A stretch of DNA of 20,049 nt from Coleofasciculus chthonoplastes F2-STO-03 (GCA_040222015.1 JAVJWO010000188.1:1-20049); one strand, 5' to 3'; positions 1 through 7,725 are shown, counted from the stretch's first letter. A program made the numbers and translations. The notes: generated from the letters alone by a model not told the origin.

Positions 1-3
1 AAT

Positions 4-51
4 GTCACTAAGTGACGTGCGCTTCGCGCAGGGTGTAGGAGCTAGTCTCCT
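4..51. repeat. Cluster of short palindromes (REP-like), probably part of a repeat element cut by the window edge
   Basis: GTCACTAAGTGAC (4-16), TGCGC-TTC-GCGCA (18-30; GAA triloop on the - strand) and GTAGGAG...CTCCT (35-51). Confidence 0.5.
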
Positions 52-52
52 C

Positions 53-146
53 CCCTACACCCCACACCCCACACCCCACACCCCACACCCCACACCCCAC
101 ACCCCACACCCCACACCCCACACCCCACACCCCACACCCCACACCC
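53..146. repeat. Heptamer short tandem repeat (CCCCACA)n, STRR-type
   Basis: Twelve perfect CCCCACA units at 60-143, a variant CCCTACA at 53-59 and a partial unit at 144-146. A GCCCC-GAA-GGGGC hairpin follows at 147-159. Confidence 0.95.
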
Positions 147-160
147 GCCCCGAAGGGGCT

Positions 161-619
161 CTAAAGATTACACGCACTAACACGAGAAAACAAATCATCA
201 CGAAGGTCTCCCCACGCCAACCATCCCACCACTCCACCCGCAGGGAGATGTCCTATCGGTGCATTTTGATTAAATGTCAGCTCATTGTAACTCTGCCACC
301 GATTCAACACCCGCCATCCAATCCGATCAGCAAATGCCATCAAATCCTTTCCTGATTGCTCATACATCCGCTTTTGAACACTAAAACCAAATTTACCACT
401 GCTGTACTTGATCCAAAGTTGATCAATCTCCCTAAGTTCCTGGCAAGGAAATTGCTGAATATCTTGATTCGTTAAATAGCCGCGTTTATCTGCACCCGTA
501 ATCTCCAGGATAATTGTAAACGTTTCCTGGTCTGCTTCTTGCCACTGCCCTGATGCTAACCGTTCGTTGAGTTTACTATAATTTGCCCCTTCAGAAGAGC
601 TTAAATTATCTTCAAACAT
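161..619 (-). CDS. Stand-alone GUN4-domain protein
   Basis: GUN4-like motifs: YSKLNERLASGQWQEADQET, FPCQELREIDQLWIKYSSGKFGFSVQK, FADRIGWR, APIGHLP. Confidence 0.88.
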   Translation of the reverse strand: MFEDNLSSSEGANYSKLNERLASGQWQEADQETFTIILEITGADKRGYLTNQDIQQFPCQELREIDQLWIKYSSGKFGFSVQKRMYEQSGKDLMAFADRIGWRVLNRWQSYNELTFNQNAPIGHLPAGGVVGWLAWGDLRDDLFSRVSACNL

Positions 620-723
620 ACGCTTTCTTGTAAATCAATATACAGTAGAGATTTGGTATCCTAATCACCCAGTTTTTTCTACTGTATAACTTGATCAATC
701 ATTTCCTACCCGAATCAGAACGA

Positions 724-1023
724 TTAACCTAAGAAGACATAATGACGAATATCTGGCGGTGAAGCGAACAACTCTTCGCCTTCTAAAAACGCTTGCTGAA
801 TGTGAGCCGAGTCCAAATGTACTCGCCACGCTTGCTCACTTTCCCATTCTGCGACCAAGGCAAACTCCGTGGGAATCGCTGGACTTTGTAATAACTCGTA
901 AGTGATACAACCAGGTTCCTTGCGCGTCGCCTCAACGATTTCTAACAGCAGTGCTTTGAGTTTCTCTTCCTTTCCCGGATGCGCGACGACACGAGCTAAT
1001 ACTCGGATTGCTGAGTTTACCAT
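724..1023 (-). CDS. Antibiotic biosynthesis monooxygenase (ABM) / putative quinol monooxygenase family protein
   Basis: 99 aa with HPGKEEKL, TRKEPGCITYEL and EWESEQAWRVHLDSAH, typical of the YgiN/LsrG-like ABM fold. Purine-rich GAGGAGAAGCAGGCAGAGG lies upstream. Confidence 0.85.
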   Translation of the reverse strand: MVNSAIRVLARVVAHPGKEEKLKALLLEIVEATRKEPGCITYELLQSPAIPTEFALVAEWESEQAWRVHLDSAHIQQAFLEGEELFASPPDIRHYVFLG

Positions 1024-1100
1024 GATTATCGATCCTCTGCCTGCTTCTCCTCACCATTAAAAGGCTACCGCAGTTAGGTCAGTTAAGGTAGTGCGATCGC

Positions 1101-1153
1101 AAAAACAAAAATACGGCGGAGAAACTCCCTGGATCAGAGGTTTTCCCGCCGTT
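1101..1153 (-). terminator. Probable intrinsic terminator downstream of ycf35
   Basis: Outer stem ACGGCGG (1113-1119) / CCGCCGT (1146-1152) with an extended inner stem, followed on the - strand by a U-rich tract (1101-1111). Confidence 0.6.
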
Positions 1154-1172
1154 ATTATGTTATGGAAAAGAC

Positions 1173-1188
1173 TAGAACATTTGTTCTA
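1173..1188. promoter_or_regulatory. Palindromic operator resembling a LexA box (GAAC-N4-GTTC)
   Basis: TAGAAC-ATTT-GTTCTA has perfect 6-bp arms and lies ~150 bp upstream of the ABM gene. Confidence 0.4.
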
Positions 1189-1198
1189 TAACCTTTTG

Positions 1199-1236
1199 AA
1201 AAAACGGGTCAACCCCAAATCAATTGGTTAACCCGT
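1199..1236 (-). terminator. Hairpin plus U-tract just after the ycf35 stop
   Basis: On the - strand, ACGGGTTAACC...GGTTGACCCGT forms 11 bp including one G-U pair and is followed by a U-run. Confidence 0.6.
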
Positions 1237-1259
1237 AAGCTTGGGAACGCCTTGATGGA

Positions 1260-1613
1260 CTATTTTTGTACCACCAGTTTAACGTTGGCATTTTGTAAGC
1301 CACGTTGCTTGACCTCTGCTAAGGTCTTGTTAACGGCATACTTCTGGTTGATCGAGTTGATCAGTTCGGTTTGGTTGTGCTTTTTAGCAACACCCCACAG
1401 GTCAGCGATCAGGTCAAAGGAACCATCGCCATTGCGAGACCAACCGAGGTCATACTCGCCTTCGAGAACAGCAACGATGTCCGAACGAACACGTTGACCG
1501 TTGTAGCCGCGCACATCAGCTTCCGTTTTAACGGAAATACCTAGATCGCTCAAAGAAGCCTTTAAAATTTCGGCGTCGGTGATCTTGGTACGCAGAGTGC
1601 TAAAGTGAGACAT
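1260..1613 (-). CDS. ycf35: Ycf35 / DUF1257 family protein
   Basis: MSHFSTLRTKITD...YDLGWSRNGDGSFDLIADLW...INQKYA. Start moved to the ATG at 1613, which has a GGAGGAA RBS at 1621-1627. Confidence 0.88.
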   Translation of the reverse strand: MSHFSTLRTKITDAEILKASLSDLGISVKTEADVRGYNGQRVRSDIVAVLEGEYDLGWSRNGDGSFDLIADLWGVAKKHNQTELINSINQKYAVNKTLAEVKQRGLQNANVKLVVQK

Positions 1614-1673
1614 TTTAGATTTCCTCCAGTAGAGATAGAAAACAAACGACAACGTAGCTTTTTTCTTGGGTCT

Positions 1674-1753
1674 GCCGCGGTTAAATTGCGGCGTCTTTTG
1701 AAACTGCTAGCAAAGTTTTGCTAGCCTTTCCTCCTGTTGGGAGCAGGAGAAAG
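1674..1753 (-). promoter_or_regulatory. Three closely spaced stem-loops in the ycf46-ycf35 spacer (candidate cis-regulatory RNA)
   Basis: Hairpins at 1726-1753 (CTTTCTCCTG/CAGGAGGAAAG), 1706-1725 (GCTAGCAA/TTGCTAGC) and 1674-1692 (GCCGC/GCGGC). Confidence 0.55.
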
Positions 1754-1757
1754 CCTT

Positions 1758-3269
1758 TTAGAACTCCAGTCGCTGATATTCAGCAACGGAGGCTGCAGCA
1801 GGTCTAGCTCTCTGTCTTGCCCAGTCCCTCAGGGCGGTGACCTGCTCAGTCATTGTCCGAGAAAGCGGCAGCGTGGCTTTGATCGCCGCTATAATATCCA
1901 GTTGGGTGAATTCCCGGTCTTGTGCAAATGCCTCGTACATTGCAGCGATGAGGGCTTGCTCAATTTCTGCACCGGAAAAACCGTCACAAATTGTCGCCAA
2001 CTGTTCGATATCAAAGCGCTCTATCTCTCGACGCCGCTTACTCAGATGAATCTTAAATATTTGCTGACGCTCTTCTTTATTCGGTAAGTCAACAAAGAAT
2101 ATTTCGTCAAATCGACCTTTGCGGAGAAACTCCCCCGGTAGCCGTTCCACTCGGTTTGCAGTCGCCATGACAAAGACAGGCGATGTTTTCTCTTGCATCC
2201 AGGTTAGGAAGGAACCAAAGATGCGGCTAGAGGTGCCACCATCGGAGTCAGCCGAACCACTGCTCCCCGCAAAAGACTTGTCCAGCTCATCAATGAAAAG
2301 GATGGCGGGTGAAATCGATTCTGCTGTTTTTAGGGCATTTCTCAAGTTGGCTTCTGAGCGACCAACCATAGAACCATCATACACCCGACCCATGTCTAAC
2401 CGCAATAGCGGTAGTCCCCAAAGGCGAGAGGTTGTCTTGGCAATGAGGGATTTTCCGCATCCGGGAACTCCCAGAATCAGCATCCCTTTGGGTTGGGGTA
2501 AACCATACTCTCTTGCCCGTTCAGTGAAAGCGCCCGATCGCTGTTTCAGCCATCGCTTGAGTTCTTCTAAACCGCCAATGGCATCAATGGTTTCATCCTC
2601 TTCAATATACTCTAAAATACCATTGCGACGAATGAGCTGTTTTTTCTCAGACAGAACAATATCGACTTCCGCTTCCGTGAGACGCCCAGCTTTAACTTGG
2701 GCTTTGCGATACACTTTCTCCGCTTCGTCTCGCGTTAGACCTAATGCCGCTTTCAGCAGTTTTTCCCGCGTTTCAGTGGTGGTGCGACGCCCTTTGGTTT
2801 TGTCTAATTGCTGAGACAACACTTGGTTGAGTTCAGTCAAATCCGGTAAGGGGTAGTCGATAACCACCACTTCCTTCTCTAACTCGATCGGCACCTGCTG
2901 CATGGGAGACATGAGTACAATCGTCTTCTGAGCCGCCTTGAAGCTCGCGATCGCATCCCGCAGCCATCGGGTTGTTGCTGGAGAATCAATAAATGGATGT
3001 AGATCCTTAAATATATAGATACCAGGTTCTTTTTGTTGAATAACCCATTGAACAGCTGCTTCTGGAGAGACTGTATTGTGTTGGGTGACGTGGCGTGATT
3101 GACCATACTCCACAATCCCATGGGTGACAGTCCACACGAATACGCGCCGTTGCTGATTCTTATTTTGAGCAATCATGGCTATTGCCCGTTCTGTCCGCTC
3201 TTCCTCTGACGTCACCAGGTAGATTAGAGGGTATTGAGCTTGAATGAGAATACTTATCTCTTCTTGCAT
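1758..3269 (-). CDS. ycf46: Ycf46-family AAA+ ATPase
   Basis: Walker A GVPGCGKS, Walker B ILFIDE, SRH region ATANRVERLPGEFLRKGRFD and N-terminus QAQYPLIYLVTSEEER. Likely start is MQEEISIL at 3269 (503 aa). Confidence 0.9.
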   Translation of the reverse strand: MQEEISILIQAQYPLIYLVTSEEERTERAIAMIAQNKNQQRRVFVWTVTHGIVEYGQSRHVTQHNTVSPEAAVQWVIQQKEPGIYIFKDLHPFIDSPATTRWLRDAIASFKAAQKTIVLMSPMQQVPIELEKEVVVIDYPLPDLTELNQVLSQQLDKTKGRRTTTETREKLLKAALGLTRDEAEKVYRKAQVKAGRLTEAEVDIVLSEKKQLIRRNGILEYIEEDETIDAIGGLEELKRWLKQRSGAFTERAREYGLPQPKGMLILGVPGCGKSLIAKTTSRLWGLPLLRLDMGRVYDGSMVGRSEANLRNALKTAESISPAILFIDELDKSFAGSSGSADSDGGTSSRIFGSFLTWMQEKTSPVFVMATANRVERLPGEFLRKGRFDEIFFVDLPNKEERQQIFKIHLSKRRREIERFDIEQLATICDGFSGAEIEQALIAAMYEAFAQDREFTQLDIIAAIKATLPLSRTMTEQVTALRDWARQRARPAAASVAEYQRLEF

Positions 3270-3354
3270 GACTATCGACCTACTTAGAGACGGCACAACC
3301 ACTGCCCAAACATCATTAATAGAACTCTCGCAGTTAGCTGTTTTTGTAACACTA

Positions 3355-3705
3355 TCAACAAGGAACAAGTTCCTCTTCGCCCTGAGAATCAGTACGGGAT
3401 TTAACTTCTTCTCGCACTTTCTCGACAGGCAGTTCATCATCCAGAAGGCTGGGCTGATTTTTTAGGGCAACCATATCTCCATCTTGAATAACAACTGAGC
3501 TAGAACATTCGGGGCAATTGTATACCCGATGAGTATTCCCGTAGGATGCTTCTACCTCGTCTACCACTTCCGGGTGGTGTAGATAGAATACGATTGCTCT
3601 CTCGACCATCGCCGACATTGAGTCTGAGTCAACGGCTGCTCGGATTTTGAGCTGGCGATGAAGTCCTGGTGGGAGATACAACGTAACTTTTTGCTTGTCT
3701 TGCAT
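3355..3705 (-). CDS. Conserved cyanobacterial protein with an N-terminal ribbon-helix-helix-like DNA-binding segment and a CxxC motif
   Basis: KQKVTLYLPPGLHRQLKIRAAVDSDSMSAMVERAI follows the RHH/CopG pattern; YNCPECSS gives the CxxC. Start taken at MQDKQK (3705). Confidence 0.75.
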   Translation of the reverse strand: MQDKQKVTLYLPPGLHRQLKIRAAVDSDSMSAMVERAIVFYLHHPEVVDEVEASYGNTHRVYNCPECSSSVVIQDGDMVALKNQPSLLDDELPVEKVREEVKSRTDSQGEEELVPC

Positions 3706-3860
3706 ATTATTTTCAATCGTTTTACCCGGGTATGTATGCCAGATTAGCGGCATTCTCCTTGGCTGTCAATACAGTAAGCCAGCATGACGGCAATTTTGTA
3801 ATATTTGTTTACATTGTCCGGTTCTGATGCCCGATCAGGCGGATAAATCCAGGGTGTGGA

Positions 3861-3954
3861 GGTGCAGGGGAAGCGGGGGGAGATGGGGAAGAGGATTAAC
3901 AATGAACCATGCATGAACAAAGGACAAAAGGACGAATGACTAAAGACAAATGAC
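3861..3954. repeat. Degenerate purine-rich STRR-like repeats running into the start codon of the next gene
   Basis: AGATGGGGAAG (3881-3891) and CAAAGGA / CGAATGA / CAAATGA heptamer variants. Confidence 0.5.
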
Positions 3955-4453
3955 CTGGAAATTCATTGCTAGAATCGCGCCACTGGCTGTCTTACTCGTA
4001 AGCTGTCAGGGTACTAACGTGGATTTGCCAGAAAGCTGGAACACCTACCGCAACTCCCGCTTCAACTTTGAGTTCCTCTATCCCAGCAATTGGAGACCCT
4101 TTCCCCTACCCGACAACCTTGATGGTAGAGCCTTTCGCGATCCAGAGAATCCCAACTGTGAGATTAGGGGATGGGCAGAATTTGCCCAACTCGGAACCCC
4201 ACCACCTGAAAGTACAGCCAAACCACTGAATTCATCTCAACCTCAGAATTTCCTCACTGAACAAGGTGAAACGGGTCAACTTCAGGTAGCCCTTAACTCT
4301 GATATCAGTGTGATGACTCTAACCCTGACCCAGGACAACGTAAGCTACAACTGGCAGGGACGCTGCGAGAGCGAACAATTTGCTGATTACTATCGCTTTT
4401 TCTATTACATTGCTCGTCAGTATCGTCTCCCACAACCCGATGAGAACCAATAG
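3950..4453 (+). CDS. Putative lipoprotein, possibly PsbP/Mog1-like fold
   Basis: Signal peptide with lipobox LVS-C (Cys19). WNTYRNSRFNFEFLYPSNW resembles PsbP-related N-termini. Confidence 0.65.
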   Translation: MTWKFIARIAPLAVLLVSCQGTNVDLPESWNTYRNSRFNFEFLYPSNWRPFPLPDNLDGRAFRDPENPNCEIRGWAEFAQLGTPPPESTAKPLNSSQPQNFLTEQGETGQLQVALNSDISVMTLTLTQDNVSYNWQGRCESEQFADYYRFFYYIARQYRLPQPDENQ

Positions 4454-4465
4454 CTTCAAATCCGC

Positions 4466-4495
4466 TTGAATTGGGCGCACATCTGCCCAATTTAA
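4466..4495. other. Intergenic stem-loop between the lipoprotein and the response regulator
   Basis: TTGAATTGGGC-N8-GCCCAATTTAA. Confidence 0.45.
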
Positions 4496-4538
4496 TCGTA
4501 AAATACGGAAGTGCGATCGCGTTGCTTGGGTATGAACC

Positions 4539-5216
4539 ATGTCCTCAGAACTTCCCTCCCCGACGAATTCCCCAACAAGTTCCACACCCCTGCGAGTTGT
4601 AATTGTGGAAGATGATCCCATGATGCAGCTTGGCTTAGAACAATCCTTATTCACTAACCCCCAGCTTGAACTGGTGGGACAAGCTGAAGATGGCTATATG
4701 GGCGTGGAAATGACCAAACAACTTCAACCTGATATCGTGGTCATGGATATTGGTTTGCCGCGTTTAGATGGGATTGCTGCTACTCAGCAAATTAAAGCGG
4801 AACTCCCTGAGGTGAGAGTGGTCATCCTCACCTCTCATACCACCGATCGCGAAATTATTGCCTCACTCTCTAGCGGTGCTGATGCCTACTGTGTTAAAGG
4901 ATCAAGTGTAGAACGATTACTCCAGGCGATCGCAGCGGCGGCTGAAGGTGCAACGTACCTCGATCCTCAAATTGGTCGTCAAGTTCTCAAGCATCTGTCT
5001 CCCCCTTCTCCCAAGGGTAATGTTTCCAATTTGTCACAACGGGAGCTAGAAGTCTTAAAACTGATCGTAGAAGGCAATAGTAATCCAGAGATTGCCGCTA
5101 AACTCTACCTCAGCGCCAATACCGTTAAAACCCATGTGCGCGGGATCATGAACAAACTTTCGGTAGATGACCGGGTACAAGCGGCGGTGGTAGCGTTGCG
5201 ATCGGGGATAGTTTAA
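4539..5216 (+). CDS. NarL/FixJ-family response regulator (REC + LuxR HTH)
   Basis: IVEDD, phosphoacceptor VVMD-IGLP, LTS and YCVK motifs; LuxR HTH LSQRELEVLKLIVEGNSNPEIAAKLYLSANTVKTHV. Confidence 0.93.
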   Translation: MSSELPSPTNSPTSSTPLRVVIVEDDPMMQLGLEQSLFTNPQLELVGQAEDGYMGVEMTKQLQPDIVVMDIGLPRLDGIAATQQIKAELPEVRVVILTSHTTDREIIASLSSGADAYCVKGSSVERLLQAIAAAAEGATYLDPQIGRQVLKHLSPPSPKGNVSNLSQRELEVLKLIVEGNSNPEIAAKLYLSANTVKTHVRGIMNKLSVDDRVQAAVVALRSGIV

Positions 5217-5269
5217 TTGTCATTTGTCATTTGTCATTTGCTTCCCCATCTTCCCCATCTTCCCCATCT
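5217..5269. repeat. Composite short tandem repeats (TTGTCAT)3 + (CTTCCCCAT)3
   Basis: Directly visible right after the regulator stop codon. Confidence 0.9.
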
Positions 5270-5315
5270 CTACACGTCACTCACCAATGATGTATGACGA
5301 AGTATTCTGCTAAAT

Positions 5316-5356
5316 TTTACTAAAATTTACACTTTTTTATACTTTTATAGTATAGT
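5316..5356 (+). promoter_or_regulatory. Candidate sigma70-type promoter overlapping an HLR1(RpaB)-like direct repeat
   Basis: TTTACA (5326-5331), 16 nt, then TAGTAT (5348-5353). TTTACTAA-AA-TTTACACT (5316-5333) has the 10-bp period of HLR1 with 2 mismatches. Confidence 0.35.
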
Positions 5357-6037
5357 AGCTACAGATAGCTGCTCAATAAGGAAACCTGCCGGTGGCAGAT
5401 ATCATCCATAACCCGAGTGTAAGAGATGAATCCTTCTACACTGGATGTCAGACTATTGTTGAATTCCGAGGTATCCCAGTTTTGTTGTTAGCTTTGGCTC
5501 AAGTAAACTCTCGCCAACCTGCTACGGCGTTAGTCGTATGGACAGAGTACTGAGTACGGCACAGACTAATCGAGGTTGAACACAATTCCCCTAGGATTTG
5601 ATGGCATAGCCAACTTAGTCCGTACATTGGCGGTTTTATCATCAAAACTAGACTGTTGAGAGTATTTTCGATCTAATAATGACTTCCAATCTGTTTCAAC
5701 GAGTTGCCATCGCTCTAAATCGGTGGATTTTAGGGGGTTACAATCAACAACAGCCTGGGTTAAATCAATATTTGCAATGCTGTAGCGCTCAGATCTTACA
5801 AACCCTGACCCTATCCATTGCAACCTTCAAAAACATCATTGTTGGTAATATAAGTAACACGGGTAATGCGTTCAATCTTGACTTCCCATCAGGAAAATAT
5901 TGACTGACTGGGTTTTCCAGCCAACGATTCGATTGAGTCATTTTTGAGTAGATACTCTTAGAGTAAGTAGGAAATCAAAAGAGAAAATCATAACTGTGGA
6001 TACCCTAAAACCCTAAATCCATCGAAGCTATCAAATT

Positions 6038-6072
6038 AATTTCCCATCCAAGTTGCATTGGGATCGGGAATT
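6038..6072 (+). promoter_or_regulatory. Stem-loop in the ggpS 5' leader
   Basis: TTCCCATCCAA-GTTGCA-TTGGGATCGGGAA, ~25 nt before the GGAGG RBS at 6099-6103. Confidence 0.45.
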
Positions 6073-6110
6073 GTACCAATTTTAATGGTCAACACTCTGG
6101 AGGTAGTTGC

Positions 6111-7619
6111 ATGAAATCATCACTCGTTATCCTTTATCACCGCGAACCTTATGATGAGGTTGTGGAAAATGGCAAAGTGCATTATCGGGCAAAGAAAAGC
6201 CCCAATGGGATTGTGCCAACCCTGAAAAGCTTCTTTGCCGGCGTCAATCAAGGCACCTGGATTGCTTGGAAACAGGTAAATGCTAAGCAGAAAGCTAACT
6301 TTGAACAGCGGATTGTTGTAGAAGGTGAAGCAAACTACAACGTTCGCCGGATTCCCCTCTCTGCAGATCAAGTCAAGCATTTCTATCACATCACCTCGAA
6401 AGAAGCATTTTGGCCCATTCTGCATTCATTTCCCTATCACTTCACTTACGAAACCTCAGATTGGGAAAACTTTCACACGATTAACCGCCTATTTGCCGAA
6501 GCCGCCTGTGACGAAGCAGCAGATGATGCTCTAATTTGGGTGCACGACTACAATCTATGGTTAGTGCCCTACTACATCCGGCAGCTAAAGCCGAATGCTC
6601 GGATTGCTTTCTTCCATCACACTCCCTTCCCCTCTGTGGATATTTTCAATATCTTACCCTGGCGGGAAGAAATTACCGATAGTTTACTCTGCTGCGATAT
6701 CGTCGGCTTCCATATTCCACGCTATTCAGAGAATTTCGTCAATGTGGCTCGCAGCCTGCGCCCGGTGGAAATTGTCAAGAAAGAACCCGTACCTGAGCAT
6801 ATTACCCCTATGGGAATCGCATTGGCTGAGCCAGAAATGACCACCCAGATCCGATACAAGGATCAGTTGGTTAACCTCGATCCCTTCCCGGTTGGAGCCA
6901 ATCCCCAACAAATTCTCTCTATCCTGCATAAGCCAGAAACTCAAAAACGGTTTGAGGAAATTAAGGAAAGCTTGGGCGATCGCAAGTTAATTATCTCAGC
7001 CGGACGAGTAGACTATGTGAAAGGCACTCGTGAGAAGCTAGAAGCTTATGGACGCCTGTTAGCGCGTCGTCCCGACTTGCATGGCAAAATTAATATGCTG
7101 GTCACCTGTGTGGCGTCGGCGTCTGGAATGCGCGTCTACAAAACTGCCCAAACCCAGATTGAGCAGTTAGCTGGAAAAATTAACGGGCGGTATGGGAACT
7201 TAGACTGGCTACCGATTATGCTCTATACCCAACCCGTTCCCTTACCGGATCTGCTCTGTTACTACAAAGCCGCCGATATCTGCTGGACAACGCCCCTGAG
7301 AGATGGTTTAAACCTGGTCGCGAAGGAATATATCATCACTCACGAGAAACAAGAAGGTGTACTAGTCCTCTCTGAATTTGTTGGTGCAGCCGTCGAACTC
7401 CCGGATGCAATTTTGACCAACCCTTACTCCATTGATCGCATGGATGAATCGATTGAGCAAGCGCTGGCGATGTCCCCTGAGGAGCAAAAGGAACGGATGG
7501 CGAAAATGTATGACATCGTAACCAAATACGATATTCAGTGCTGGGCAGATCACTTGTTTGAAATGTTTGAGAAAACCAAACATCAGACAGCGAAGCAACA
7601 GGAAGCAGTAGCTGTTTAA
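6111..7619 (+). CDS. ggpS: Glucosylglycerol-phosphate synthase (GT20 family)
   Basis: N-terminus MKSSLVILYHREPYDEVVENGK...KSPNGI is characteristic of GgpS. GT20 motifs WVHDYNLWLVP, FFHHTPFPS, GRVDYVKG and PLRDGLNLVAKEY. glpD and gpsA are adjacent. Confidence 0.93.
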   Translation: MKSSLVILYHREPYDEVVENGKVHYRAKKSPNGIVPTLKSFFAGVNQGTWIAWKQVNAKQKANFEQRIVVEGEANYNVRRIPLSADQVKHFYHITSKEAFWPILHSFPYHFTYETSDWENFHTINRLFAEAACDEAADDALIWVHDYNLWLVPYYIRQLKPNARIAFFHHTPFPSVDIFNILPWREEITDSLLCCDIVGFHIPRYSENFVNVARSLRPVEIVKKEPVPEHITPMGIALAEPEMTTQIRYKDQLVNLDPFPVGANPQQILSILHKPETQKRFEEIKESLGDRKLIISAGRVDYVKGTREKLEAYGRLLARRPDLHGKINMLVTCVASASGMRVYKTAQTQIEQLAGKINGRYGNLDWLPIMLYTQPVPLPDLLCYYKAADICWTTPLRDGLNLVAKEYIITHEKQEGVLVLSEFVGAAVELPDAILTNPYSIDRMDESIEQALAMSPEEQKERMAKMYDIVTKYDIQCWADHLFEMFEKTKHQTAKQQEAVAV

Positions 7620-7627
7620 CCTCAATG

Positions 7628-7656
7628 TGTAGAGACGCGCCACGGCGCGTCTTTCA
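7628..7656 (+). repeat. GTAG-type REP-like palindrome
   Basis: GTAG-AGACGCGCC-AC-GGCGCGTCT, right after the ggpS stop. Confidence 0.75.
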
Positions 7657-7725
7657 TCGCACGTCGGCTAATAATTTGCCATCGTTGCAACTACTGTGGA
7701 AGTTAGATGTTACTCAAACCGGATC

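Noticed and set aside
2..355. ORFs 2..355 (+, PHTPHPT repeats) and 55..237 (-, GVWGVGC repeats)
   Set aside because: Both arise from the stop-free heptamer repeat and overlap the GUN4 gene.
161..619. Calling this the canonical chlorophyll-synthesis gun4/ycf53
   Set aside because: At 152 aa it has only the core domain and looks like one of the many GUN4-domain paralogues of filamentous cyanobacteria.
3270..3440. 57-aa N-terminal extension of Ycf46 in the ORF track
   Set aside because: It overlaps the upstream RHH gene, and family-like sequence starts at MQEEISIL (3269).
1737..3465. Alternative-frame ORFs over ycf46 (1737..2087, 1837..2049, 2119..2814, 2879..3172, 3244..3465)
   Set aside because: Antisense or out-of-frame shadows of a well-supported gene, with no recognisable motifs.
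3797..3813. NtcA box in the divergent promoter
   Set aside because: Spacing is GTA-N9-TAC rather than N8, so it is kept only as an unassigned palindrome.
5546..5557. LexA box AGTACTGAGTAC upstream of ggpS
   Set aside because: The half-sites are 3 nt apart rather than the 4 nt of the cyanobacterial consensus.
5360..6110. c-di-AMP (ydaO) or another known riboswitch upstream of ggpS
   Set aside because: Apart from a GATGAATCC fragment, I could not find the ydaO core (e.g. CCGTCAGCTAAC). An Infernal scan would be decisive.
6111..7619. Calling this gene trehalose-6-phosphate synthase (otsA)
   Set aside because: It is the same GT20 family, but the N-terminal signature and the glpD/gpsA context point to GgpS.
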